DNA from: Camelus ferus
Lineage: Eukaryota
Length of the DNA stretch: 64,000 bases
Reading direction: 5' to 3'
NCBI RefSeq assembly: GCF_009834535.1
Contig: NC_045697.1
Span: 61,754,001 to 61,818,000 of the forward strand
Position numbers and translations under genes: made by a program. Numbering within the stretch: the stretch's first letter is position 1; the number at the start of each line of letters is the position of its first letter. Shown piece by piece: positions 39,080 to 51,829 of this stretch. Below the pieces are notes generated by a model. The model made no database searches. It saw only the letters and a list, made by a program, of their open reading frames with translations, and had not been told where the DNA came from.

Positions 39080-41190
39080 ACTGACAACTTTTTTTCCTTC
39101 CCATATTATTTGTCCTCTTTTTTCCCACACAATCTCCTCGTGAATCTGCCTCTTATTTACTCTAACTAGAAAACTGGAGCCATTACATAAAATTTCTCTT
39201 CCTATTCCCAGAATTCATTGAACCGATTTGAACTTGACCCTTCTCATTTTGTCTCCCATCATGGTGTCCCTCTCCCTGTAAGAGGTCAATCCAGTCCATG
39301 TGCTTTGGTACCAATCCCCTCTTTTCTTATCAAAGTTTTCATCCATCATATAACCTCCAACCTCCTGCATCACCAATCTTTTTCTTTCTACTGTTACATT
39401 TCCATTATTTTCAAATATGCTGCGGTAACTGCCATGATTTTTTAAATAAATAACACATAATAATTTTTTTAAATTCCCATAACCCCATATGTTGGCTTAG
39501 ATACGGCTTCACTTCTTTACTTCCCTCTATGGTCAAATTCCCCAAATGGGCTGTCTTCAAAGCACTCCCAACTACCTCACTTCCTGTTCGTCATGAAGTC
39601 CTCTATAAACTGGTTTCTTCCTCTCATCCCACAGGAACTGTTCAAGTCAAGTCTCTAACAACCTTCATGGAGGTCAAAACCATGTTGCCAAATTTAATGG
39701 GAATGTTCTTTCCTTATCTCACTTGATTTCTCAGAAGTTTTCAGTAAGTTTGACCACTCCTCTCTGGAAATACTCTTTTCTTTTCTAAGCCCCAGTAACA
39801 TCACTGGTCACCCATCCATCTCGATGCTCCCTCTCACTTCCCTTGGCTGACTCATGCTCTTTTTTCTGATGTCTAAATTTTGAGGTCCCTTAGGAATGGG
39901 TCTTGTGCTTAGTTTCTTCTCTCTGTATTTCTCTAAGTGATATGCCATTAAAGGCCATAAATATAAATAGAATTATCATGTCTATGATTCCTAAATTTAT
40001 GTCACCTACCCAGACCTCTGCTCTGAGTTCTGGATTCTTATATGTCATTGACATCTCCAACTTATATATACAAAGGAAAACTATTTTTTTCTTCCAAAAC
40101 TTATTTCCACAATACCCTCCAATCAAACTCATTTTTCCCCATTTCAGCAAAAAGTCAAACCAATTCTCAATTACTCAAGCCAAAATCTTAGTAGTCAACT
40201 TGGATCTATTTTTTCCTTCAATACTTTGTATCTAATTTAAAAGTAAGTCTTGTGTATTCCACTGTGAACTGGCCACAATCATCTCTTATCTGGGCTATAA
40301 TAATTGTCTCCTGAAACAACCCTCTTCCATTCCTGTCCCTCTCTAATCCATTCTCCACTTATTTATCAGATGGATATTCTTAAGATATAAATCAGAATAA
40401 TCTTATTTTCCTACTTAAAACTTATTGATAGCTTCTCAGTGTTCTTTGATTGAAATCCAAAATATCTCCACATTCTATATCAGAAATAGACAAATTTTCT
40501 TTCTGTAAGGATCCAGTGATTAAATATTACAGGTTTCATGGGCTATACAGTCTCCTTTACAACTATTCAACTCTGCCTTGCAGCATGAAAGCAACTATAA
40601 AAATATATAAAGTAATGAGCATGGTTATGTTTCAATAAAACTTCATTTGCAAGAAACTGGCAAAACTTAGCAAAATTTGTCTTGTGGGCAGTAATTTGAC
40701 AACCTTTCTTTATGGTCCTGCATGATCTCATACCTTTGTGCTCCTGTAACCACATATGTACCATTCTCTCCATCAGTCATGTTGTCTTGGACAAACTGGT
40801 CTTCAATTCCAAGAATATACCTATGCATAACTGCCTGAAATTCTCTTCTAAACCTTATCCTTCACATAACTATTAATTTTATCTTTGATGCCACTTCTTC
40901 AAAGACGATTTTCTTGATCACAGTGTATAAAATAAGTGCACCACATCACCATCATTATTTTCTATTCTCAGCTTTTTACCTGTTTTTCCCGTAAGAATTA
41001 TCCACTAACAACTAACAGCCATTATGCTATTAATCTCTTCTTATTCTTGCCTGTTTTTCTTTCTAAAATGTAGGTTATGTAAAGACCAGGCTTCATGTAT
41101 GTTTGGTCATCACTTTATCATCCTTGCCTAGTGCCTCCAGTAGTTAGTGCTTTTCCTGTCTGGCACAGAGCAATTTTTGCTAGGTAAATA
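39080..41190 (+). mobile_element. Long L2 LINE remnant (decayed RT region and 3' end), interrupted by MER58A
   Basis: 'aggaactgttcaagtcaagtc...ccttatctcacttgatttctcagaagttttcag...tttgaccactcc' corresponds to L2 RT (ETAL.KV...LLDLSAAFD.VDH); no intact frame. Confidence 0.8.
40481..40709. mobile_element. MER58A hAT-Charlie MITE (opposite orientation to the copy at 4118)
   Basis: 'ttctgtaaggatccagtgattaaatatt...caactattcaactctgcc...tcaataaaacttcatttgc'. Confidence 0.8.
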
Positions 41191-42390
41191 ATTCTTGAAA
41201 GGAAAATGAAGAGGATCAAATACAGATGTGTCTCTCTACTCACAAGTTAATTAAAACATTGGTTTCCAATGTTTTCTATTATACACACTTGAAGGTAAGA
41301 AAAAAATTGAGTATACCCTCCCACTCCAGTACATGTGCATCTCCTTAAAAATACATATTCTATAGTACTAATATATTATGAAATAAAATACCTACCAATG
41401 TATCATTAGTTAAAGCAACATTAGTTCCTTATACAAAAGATCAGCTGAGTGAGAGAGAAAAAGAGAGAGGAAGGGAAAGGAAAGGAAGGGAAAGGAAGAG
41501 AGGAAGAGAAGGTGATACTTCTTCCTCATAAAAATTCTAAAGAGATATTCTTGTTCTGTGGTGACTCTCTTACAAATGGTTCCATTATCTTTAACACATG
41601 ACTTCTGAGGTCACTTTGCTTGTGTCATCCATCAAACCAGCAGAAGTAGAAAGAGCATTTACAACTGCACATGTGAGTTTTTATGGATAAAACCATCACT
41701 CAGTTCATATACTATTAGCTGGAATCCAGTCACATGGATGCACCTAACTGCAAGGGAGTTTGAAAAAGTCTAGTTGTGTGCAAGGAAAAACACTAATGGT
41801 TTTGATTAATAGCTAACCAACAGCTGCCATATTCCATATTACACATGGAACTTCTATTTTTTTTCCCTCTATCTCTTTATCTTGTGTAGCCACTGAAAGA
41901 ATCACAGCCCACTAAATTGGTGGGCTAGAAGATTACATGACCATTGAAGCATTTCTAAATGGTCTTTTCACTAAGAGGCAATGTCCACTAGTTAAGAATA
42001 TCTAAAGTTCTACTTCACCAAATGGCAATTGCTTAAGGTTACGAATCAGTCAAGACAAAATCTTAGAGCAACCCTATCCTCAGGATATTCCGTCTTCAGC
42101 CTGAACCCACACCATTCAGTGTTACTGACACTTTTAACTACGGTTGAACTCCTTTGAGAAATTATTGTTAATATGAGTGTTATTTTGCTTAGCAATCCTG
42201 AAAACATAAAGAAATATAATACTATATTTAATATAATATAATTTGGATCAAAGAAGTGACCTTTGATCTTAAAGGAAATAATCTCATTAAAAAAAAAACG
42301 TTTTTTTCCCTAAAAAGAGATTCTCAGAACCACTGCATTGTCCAGTTCACTTCTTCCATACAGTATAGTGAAATCATTTTTCCCTCCATC

Positions 42391-42749
42391 TCCTATAAAC
42401 AAACTCTAGATTTGTGTCCCCTCAAAATTCATGTATTGAAGCCCAAACTCCCAATGTGATGGTATTTGGAAGTGGGGCCTTTGGATGGTAATTAGGCTAT
42501 GAGGATGGAGCCCCATTAATGGGATTAGTACGCTAATAAGAAAAGACATGAGACAGATGATCTCTTTCTCTCCCATGTGAGGATATATCTTATAGATGTC
42601 TCTCCGCAAAAAGAGTCTTCAGCAGGAATTGAATCAGCTGGCACCTTAATCTTGGATTTATCGGCCTTCAGAACTGTGAGAAATAAATGTCCGTTGTTTA
42701 AGCCATCCAGTCTATAGTATTTGTCAGGGCATTCCGAGTTGTTAAGACA
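42391..42749 (+). mobile_element. MaLR MLT1A-like solo LTR
   Basis: 'tttgtgtcccctcaaaattcatgtattgaagcc...gccttcagaactgtgagaaataaatgtccgttgtttaagccatccagtctat...taagaca'. Confidence 0.9.
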
Positions 42750-43584
42750 GCTTCCGTCCTTAACCTTATCCATGGTTCCTAAAGACTATGAGTTGGATAT
42801 CTTTCATTACTATGCTCATATAATGCCTTTGTTTAATTTTATGTATCTCAGATTTCTGCTCTAGGTCTAGAATCTGTCTTCGGCTTCTTTTTTGTACACA
42901 CCATCTCTGTTTCACCATCAACAGGTGTTGCAAAATTCAGCACCTTCTCCACTTCTACAAAAAATACACTCAACAGCAAGCATTTGTGAGGGATCACAAG
43001 GATCTACCTTATCATATAACACACATCATTCTGACAGTTTACTTGAGGTTATCTTCTACTTCTCTTCTAGAAACAATGCAAATTATTCTTTTTATCTCAT
43101 TCCCAAACGATAAGGGACTTTTTTTTACTACTAGTACATGCCTTTGGGGTGTCACCATCTACCACAATTGGTTTATTAAAGTACTTCTTTAACCCAATGC
43201 TCACCACAGGAGAAATCCTAATAAATATTTTTCAAATAATTAATTATGTGCTAATGAAAATATATTTGAGTTTTCATTTCATCCTTATTATTTAGACTTC
43301 TCTATCACTACTGAAGATGAGTTAACTATTTCCAGGTATGTTTATTAATGAAGTAACTTGTTTCAAAAATGCCCACATTTGACCAGCATGAGCATGGACA
43401 TATACTAAAAGTTCTATAAAGGAAATGCAGTTGTTAAGAGATTAAAAATAAATTTTTAAATGACTACCTAATGAGAGTTTGAGAAATCACATTTTTTTAA
43501 CAATAGAGGTAAATTTAGTATTTCTGAAATTGCTAGTGTGATATTTGTGGCAAAGAGAGATTCAAAGTTTAAGAAATGATTCTG

Positions 43585-43614
43585 GTGCTCACTTCAGCAG
43601 CACATATACTAAAA
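43585..43614 (+). pseudogene. RNU6: 3'-truncated (tailless) U6 snRNA retrocopy, U6 nt 1-30
   Basis: GTGCTCACTTCAGCAGCACATATACTAAAA versus U6 GTGCTCGCTTCGGCAGCACATATACTAAAA (two CpG transitions); 14-bp TSD aagaaatgattctg/aagaaatgattcca. Confidence 0.93.
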
Positions 43615-46600
43615 AAGAAATGATTCCAAAGTTTATAGGGATTGGTTTTTCTCATAAAACAACTCCAATATTGTTGGAATAGAATAGTCCAACTGTTCTA
43701 GAAGTAAGGCTTTCAAATGTCTGGTGGAATATTTCAGCCCACTTTTAAAAAAAGGTTACACTGCTTATTTACACTCTGGTGATTATATCTTTAAATAGAA
43801 AGCACTAATCAATTAGTATTAAAGATTTATGAAGGGACAAGTTAATAATTTTCCACTCAATTCCTTCCTACTAATTAAAGATTTTCACCATTAATCTTTG
43901 TCTTTAGCATTTAATCTGAAATAATGTTTGTCCTTTAGTTTTAGAATTAATTTTAAATAACATCTTTAATTTTGATATAGAGAACTATTTTTGCAATTGC
44001 CTCTCAGATTAAATTAAGAAATCTCTAAAAGTCTGTTTAATTTTATATATAAAATGTCATTTGCATTAATCTGATGATTTTAAACTACACATTTGGCCCA
44101 CAATATCCAATTAATTTGGCAAGAGAATTATGGAAATAATAAAATTAATTCCGAATTTCAAGGAACACTTCATTTTTAAATGCCTAATTAAATATATCTT
44201 TGTAATAAAAGAAATCATTCTGAAGAAATATAATAGTATTTTAATTTCCAAGTAATAGGTATGCTGAATGTTAATTTGACCTATATTTGGCATCCACAAG
44301 AGACAAAAGCATTGTCTTCTCCATGCCCAAAACAAGCAGTATATTCATAAAACCTTAAAAAGAAAATAAAATCAAAGTTGTTTGGCAAAGAATACAAAGG
44401 GATCAGTTGAAAAAGTGCTTCATTTTTAAAAAGCCTAACTGGCATAACATGGTAATTTTAAGTTTTTCATGCATTTCTGCCAAGTGACCAGTAAAGAGCA
44501 GTGATATTTAAGAAGACCATCATTTTAGTTACTTGTTTCTTCATTTATTTACTTTGTGATGCTCCTTCTTTCTGATGGGTGCTGCTTCTGATTTACCTCA
44601 AGAATAGCCCCAAAATGTTCTCTTTCATGCTAGCAGTGAGGTTGGATAAAGAAGAAAAAGCTTTTGCAGGTCTCCTGCCTGCTTTTTTCCCCTTATTTCA
44701 AACATGAAAATCAATTATAGACTAATTTCTCCAGTGAATGGTCCAAGATCATCCCATTTTCCTCTTTCTCTAATCATGAGATTTTGTACTCCCCACTTCT
44801 CTATTAAAGTCAGCTCAAAATCATCTCATTTCCCTTTTCTCTAATTTTCAAGTTCAATGGTATTTAAAACCTGTATCAACAATATATCCCATCCCACAAG
44901 AGTAAGACAAAATTTGTGATTTTTCTAAACATTAAATATAGCTTTAAAAAATAGAAATGTAATTTCAATACTAGTGGAGTCAAAGTTATATACTGCTATA
45001 TTAAGACTAGCAAATCTGCATATTAGTAAGTAATACAATAATTCTAAAGCATGTGGAAATTATTACAAGAAAAATCAATATACAAGTATAGTAAATAAAT
45101 GCACCCATTAACTTACTAGATATTTGGAAACAACTTATAAAAAAATCATTATTTCTTGCCATCTTCTGTATTCAAGGATAAAGAGCCTGTGATTCATGTT
45201 TCAGATTTTATCTTTCATCAGTACAGAAAGGCAACATTCAAAAACCTGAAGCAGAATCAAACTATGTCATTTAGAAACATCTTCATCTCTGAGCATTATC
45301 AGGGGACTAAATTCCCTATGCCTTTCCATGTCAGAGAAGCTCTCAATATCATTGGTTAATAGTAGGCTTCAAGCTCCTGCAGTTTTCCAAGCAAATGAAA
45401 GGTCAATAATGCATGCTACCTGCTGGCTCCAGGTTGGCAGCTTTGCCTACCAATTCAGCATCACCCAGGGTACCACTGCTGCAGTTACAGTGCTATCCCA
45501 AAGGTACTTAGAGCTCGTTCCCTATTCATTCTAGCATAATCCCTTCACTTGCTGACCATTAGCAGTGTAATTAATGGGCATTTTCTGATCGATGTACCCT
45601 TGCAGATAAGTGTTATAATAAAAGGTGATTACAGTGAAGAATAATATAGTTGAAAATCAGTAGCTAGTCGTCACCACTCATTGGCAGTGCCATAACAGAA
45701 TCAGACAGTGAGACCAGACTGCATAGAAATTATATCAAATAAAGTAATTCTTTCAATTTATTGCACTTTTAATTATGCCATCTTTAATTTAAAGAACTAC
45801 CTTGCCCCGTACAATGTAGTCTCTAAGCTAAAGGGAATTAATCTAAGGCTAACTAATATTCACTCCCCCAGCACATTTTAAATCAATTTTACCTTAAGCA
45901 AAATGTTTTATGAGTCTTTAGTTTACCCTGGGCATTATGCATCTTCATAATTTTCTAATGAGCTTAAGTTATCCATGAGCAGAAGCCATGAATCATATTT
46001 TTGGTAGCCCTTAAAAACAATTTTTTTCCAATCTGCTGCAAATTAAAAGAGATGTGAAAAAATGAGAATAAAATCTCATTACCACTCACAACCTCACACC
46101 TCAATAAACCTGTTTTAAATCTTATTAGAGGGTCAGTTATTTGTCATTTTTAGTAACCATCATCACAGCCAACACTATGCCATCCAATCTTTCTTTAAAA
46201 TACCACAGCACAGAGGTCACACAAAGAGTTCGGGCTCTGAAAATTATCCCTGAGAGTGAGTGTAAGGAATTTGAGCTCTTTCCAGAGGCTTCAATCTAAA
46301 TATTGACACGCATTGAGCTGCATAGTATTACACAGAAGGGTCAGGGACAAAGGTCAAATGGATTAAAAAAAAAAAAAAGAGAGAGAGAGAAGATTCCGCT
46401 ACTCACGAGGGTTTTCTAATGACCAGAATCAAGAGGGAACATGGTGACTATCATGGGTAAACCACAAGAACACATAACTAAATGAAGCTAAATTTTGCTT
46501 AGTGGATAAAAAGAAAAAGAAAAAATCTTAAGCAGCTACAGGCTTTATGTATAACCAATTTTTTACATGCAAATTAAACTCATTCTGGATCCTCCTGGGT

Positions 46601-47430
46601 TGAATTTTAATAATAGATCAATTTATATGATTGTCCAGCAAATTCTAAAGCTAGTCTCTGTCCTGGGTATGTTCATGGAAAAACAGATAATTTTAATAGA
46701 ATCTAAACAAACTAGATGAAAGAGATAATGTATGCTATCAAAAAACAAAGATAGCAAACAACTATTCCAGTAATTCAAGCAAAATACAAGTGATTTTTCA
46801 AAAGTCTGTGGTTGATTTAGCCACAACTATTCCTTTTCCATTTTGCAAATAATAGGGATGATCACAAATAGAGGAGAGCCTTTTGCTTTAAAATCTAGTC
46901 GATTTTTCTTGATTTCTGCTTATAAGATAGTTTTTGTGCTGCTGGCAGGGATTAAAAGGAGAAATTTAAATGAAGAAATTTCTTTGTTCTAGAAGGAATG
47001 TCAAGGAGTGCTCTTTGATTTGTAATTGTGTAGACAGAATGCCCCACAAAATTGCTGTACAAGCACTACTTACTCCTACTGTTCTTCGGTTTTGCCCCTT
47101 TGTCAGCACATGTGATATAACCTGCTTTATCGCTCATCTAATATTCACAGGTTCTAAATAAGAGGGAGGAGGTTAATAATAAAATCAAAAGCACTGAACA
47201 CTTACAATTTTACTTACAGTACATTAGGTGTAATTATCAACTCTCCAGCAGCTTGCTACTCTGATTTCATTCATTTTGGAAATGTTGATCATAGCTTGAA
47301 TTTTATCAATTAATTATTTCAAACAACTGGTAGTAAAACTTTTCATCCTGCTGCAGCTTACCTAGGAGGACATTCTGATGTCAATAAAGTTTACTATAGA
47401 TCCATCTGCATTGATTTTCCTGAGACTTTA

Positions 47431-47779
47431 CACATTAGTCTATGCAGGTTGTCATAACAAACTACAACAGACTGGGTGGCTTAAACAACAGAAATTTATT
47501 TTTTTCACAGTTCTGGAGGCTGATCTAGAGATCAGAGTGCCAGCATTACTAGTTTCTGGTGAGATCTCTCTTCCTGGTTTGCAGATGGCCACCTCCTTGC
47601 TCTGTCCTCACATGGCCAAGAGAGAGAGCTCAAGCTCTGGTGTGATCAGATCAGATCCCTAACCTATGATTTCATTTAAACTTTATCACCTCTTCATAAG
47701 CCCTATCTCCAAATACAGTCACATTGAGGGTATGACTTCAACATGGAGATTGTGGGGAGAGACAATTCAGTCCATAGCA
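47431..47779 (-). mobile_element. MaLR MLT1A/B-like solo LTR
   Basis: 'cagactgggtggcttaaacaacagaaatttatt...cacagttctggaggc...caattcagtccatagca'; perfect 5-bp TSD cttta. Confidence 0.92.
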
Positions 47780-49229
47780 CTTTACATGACAGAAACGTCA
47801 AACCTCTTTTCTTATGCCATTTAAGACTGTCTTTATAGGACACCAAAGCAACCAGCAGAAGCAAAGATGGAAAGAGTTAAAATGAATGTTTTGAATAATA
47901 TATGCAGTGGACATATGATTAAAGCTATAATTTCATTTTCCTCTACTAATACTTGTTTCCATTTCTATTTGGTGGCACAAGGGCAAATATAGTCATTCAG
48001 GGATTTCTCCTCCCCTCCATTTCTGCAGAGCAGCATAAATATTCTGCCAAAAATAGTCAGGATCAAAACAACAGAGAATCTGGGTGCGGGCATCTGATTC
48101 TTTGTTAGCATTATCCACACAAGCTTCTCATCCTCTGAGGTACTCAGTCTACTTCTCTTGGACCCAAACTTGAAGTGCAAATGCAGGAAAAGAGGAAATA
48201 TGGGAGAAAACATAAATTAATATCTAAAATATTATCTTAACATGTGAAGCAGGGGTGATGTTTGACCCTTTTTATCCATCAAATGTCAGAGTTGGAAAGG
48301 CTCATGGTGCTTTCCTACCTCATTGTCATAAAGTTGCAGATAAAGACATTGGGTCCCAGACAGGTGACATAACTAAAGCCTGTTCCCATGAAAACTCACT
48401 GATGGGTCACAGACTGGAAGGCAGGCATCTTCATGACACTTGTTGCCTCTTTGGAACGTAACTGCGTTCAACCAACCCCACGTAAGTGCCTACTAAGTGC
48501 GAAAACTATGATAAGCTTATCAAGCACCCTGAGAAGCCTAATGGAAAAAAAAAAAAAAAAAAGGCATCTAACGTCTGAAACAGCCCCTCAGAATCAATGA
48601 AAGAAAGCCTCTTGATGTTATTGTTGCTTGCTGCTGCTCTATTTTCAGAGATTTCTGCAAGGAGGAAACTAGAAAGAGGTAGTCCAAGAATACCCTAAAA
48701 GCTTGTTTGAAACATTTTGATAAATAAGAAATATATTTTTTTCTCTTTTCTGTTTCAAGTCACTTAGAGTTAAAAAAAAATGCTTCTGGACACTGTGATG
48801 AAATCTTGTTACATACTCTATTCTGTCAATTTTGCTAAGATTAGGCAAGCCTAAGAATCAAGGACACTTTGAGATAAATGAAAGGAGAGTGATCTCTTAT
48901 GTCACTTTAATGGGAAATTCCTGTCAAACACTCCATCTTGAAGAAGAGGGTTTCCTTTTTTTGATCTTTTTTAATTAAAGAAAATAATTCAAAACATAAA
49001 CATAGACTGTAGACTAAGTGCTTTATAATAAAAACCTTATTACTCCTCCCAGATAATTCCTTTTTACAAAAACAGGGTTATATGGCTCTAGTATAGTGGG
49101 AAATGTATTTTTTCTCTCAGTCCTAGTAGATGATAGTAACTTCCAAGTACCTGATTTCAGTAAAAAGTAAAATTATTCTGACAAAAGAAAAAAATTTTTC
49201 ATTATGATGATTTTCAAAAATAAAGACAT

Positions 49230-50030
49230 AAAGTGAATATAAAAATAAATCCCATCAACTAACAGCTAATTTTTTTTTTCTAAACCCTCATCTACTACAC
49301 CTCCACATAATTATTTTGGAGCAAATAACACATTATTTATCATATTCAATTTCAGTATGTATCGCTAAAGATAAGAACTCTTTTTTTAAATATAAATCAA
49401 ATAAATACCATTATTACATTTAAAACATTAACAATTATTCTAAAATTTTATCAAATATTTTCAAATCTGTCATATCAGTTTTGCTTTTTGTAGTTTTTAT
49501 TCTTGCTACTGTTATTGTTCAATTAACAATCCAAGTAAGACCCATTCATTTCACTTGTTTACATGCCTCTGAAGTTTCTAGTTTATAGGTTCTTCCTTCA
49601 CCACTTTTACTTTTATAATTTATTGATTGAGAAATCTCAATCATTTGTCCTGTAGTTTTTCACACTCTGGATTTTGCCTGTAGCTTCCTTTAACATTTTC
49701 CTTGGTCCCTGGATTTCCTGTAAATTAGCAGTTAGATCTAGAGGCTTCATCAGATTTATAGATTTTTTTTTTTTAGGATAATACTTCATAGGTGTTGTTG
49801 CTTCAATCAAGAAGCACATGTTTGTTTTTCTTTTTTGATATTAGCAGACACCAATGAATATTGTTTACATCCATCATACCACTAGCGGGTTATAAAGTGA
49901 TGATATTTTAATTCTATGCTATCCTTTTTCATATATTAGCTGAAAGTTTTCTACAAAAAGAAGCTTTCCCTCACCAATTATTTGGTTGTCTTTAGGTACA
50001 ATGAAAGGAAATCTTTGATTTTCCTGTTGT
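49230..50030 (-). mobile_element. Old L1 (L1MC-like) 3' fragment
   Basis: 'attattttggagcaaat...tttcctgtaaattagcagttagatctagaggcttcatcagatt...caagaagcacatg'. Confidence 0.75.
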
Positions 50031-50344
50031 TCATTCCACACGGCTTGTTTCTTGTAAGATGTTCTCTGCACAAGTCTGCTTTAGTGATGCACTTGCCTCC
50101 TGATACTACCTGATGTGCTGCTTATTCCCTGAGCCCCCTCTGCTCTACACTGTTTCTTATTACTCCGCACTCCACACCCTGTTAAGTCAGTTAAGCTCAT
50201 GAACGTACCATTCAAGGGGTACAGTGCAGCAAAGTTGTACAGTTTTGTAGTCTGGAATTACAAATAAGTTTTCAACCTAGAGACTCCAACTTTCTGAAAT
50301 ACAGTTTTTTCATCTATAACAAAGGAATAATAACAGTACTTGCC

Positions 50345-51217
50345 TGTGCCAGTTATCATTTTATTGCTCCAAATCCACCTTTCTTTGCCATGCTTTGTGG
50401 CACTAGAATTGGACCAAAGAAACACTTCTCCTCTGCCAAACTGATATGTTAGGCTTCTCAGCTGAGGTCACTAGATGGACATTGCAAGAGTAAGGAGCTT
50501 CCATTCCTGATTCCAGTCTGGGCTTCTTCTCCCTCCTGTTACAGTTGCCAGTAGTGTTTGTGAAGTGCCAGTAGCACTCACTCTCCAACGGGTGGTACTC
50601 CAGAAGCAACTTCCTACAAATCAGCTGTGGCCTACTAAAACCCTAGCAAACATCTACAGACATTTCCTATAGAAAAATTCCAGCCTATTCACCCATTTTT
50701 GGCACTCAGCAGGCTTCTCCTACAGACTAACTCTGGCTCACACCCTCTGCCAAGTTTGTTGGCCTCCAGCAGCCAGCATCTTCCTATGGGAGACATGCCT
50801 ACAGTCAAGGGCACCTTCAAGGACATGGACCTGTGTAGTCACATAGGGGCTTATCCTTGGAAGGGCTCTGCGCTTGGCTTAATGTGCTGATGCTGACATC
50901 TTGAAATTCTCAATAATTTTTTAACAAGGAGCTGTGCATCTTCATTCCGCATGGGATCCCACAAATTGTGTAATCAGTCTTGCTCTGAGTCCTGAATCTT
51001 ACCCTCCATGGGAGGCCCTTCAAGATTCTTAGTTTCTTCCTGTTCATGCTCCCTCAGTCCTAGAGATGATAGCTACTTTCTTTATTTCCTTTCCCTACAT
51101 TTGTTAGATGCCTCTTTTACTCCCTTTAGTAGGTAATCGCCTCTTACTAGTTTAATAATTCTTTATATTAAATTACTGGTGTGGTTACTATCTTCTGATT
51201 GGACCCTGATTGAGACA
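50345..51217 (+). mobile_element. ERVL-class LTR (LTR41/LTR33-like) inserted in a MIR
   Basis: Starts TGTGCCAGTTAT...ctccaaatccacc, ends 'tgattggaccctgattgagaCA'; MIR halves at about 50210-50340 and 51218-51330. Confidence 0.7.
50806..50982. mobile_element. MER91A-like hAT-Tip100 MITE nested in the LTR
   Basis: 'gacctgtgtagtcacatagggg...gcgcttggcttaatg...catcttgaaattctcaataatttt...cccacaaattgtgta'. Confidence 0.8.
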
Positions 51218-51829
51218 CTGCTTCAGAGTTTCTGTAAAACTTAATTGATACACTTCATGTAGTAATGCAAGTAATACTAATGCCTAGCACTTAATAAGTG
51301 TTAATTAATCCAGGAATTATTCATTATGATTATTTCTCTACATCGCCACAAGTGAAAGCTCCTACTTGGTTCTCCTATAAGGTGTATCACGATAAGAAAA
51401 ATTAGGAAAAAATATGGATTGCTCTCAATCTACCACTCTCCCCAGGAATGAAGTCAAAAATGTCACCTTTGAACAGGAAGGTGAGCAGAATGCTATACTG
51501 AAAGGAGAATTGTATTTGGAGCCACAAGATCCAGGTTTGAAAAGAGGTAAAAATGCCTATGGAACCTTGATCAAAACCACTGTACCCATCTCATTCCTGC
51601 TTTTTTCCTCTACAAAGTGGTAATAAACATACCTATCTCAGGGTTTTCTAAGGCTTAAAAGACAAAACATATGAAAAGACACTATAAATCATGAGTGGTT
51701 TTACAAACACTATTTATTAGCAAAGATATTTGTTGCTACTTTTATGATTATAGAGTTGTCGATATCTTACACAATGCAAGCAACTATTTATTATTGTTCC
51801 ATAACTATCATTCAACAGTCTTTTATATA

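Noticed and set aside
47352..47410. Minus-strand exon candidate ending TAG|gtaagc
   Set aside because: All frames are closed and the acceptor lacks a pyrimidine tract (it abuts an MLT1 LTR).
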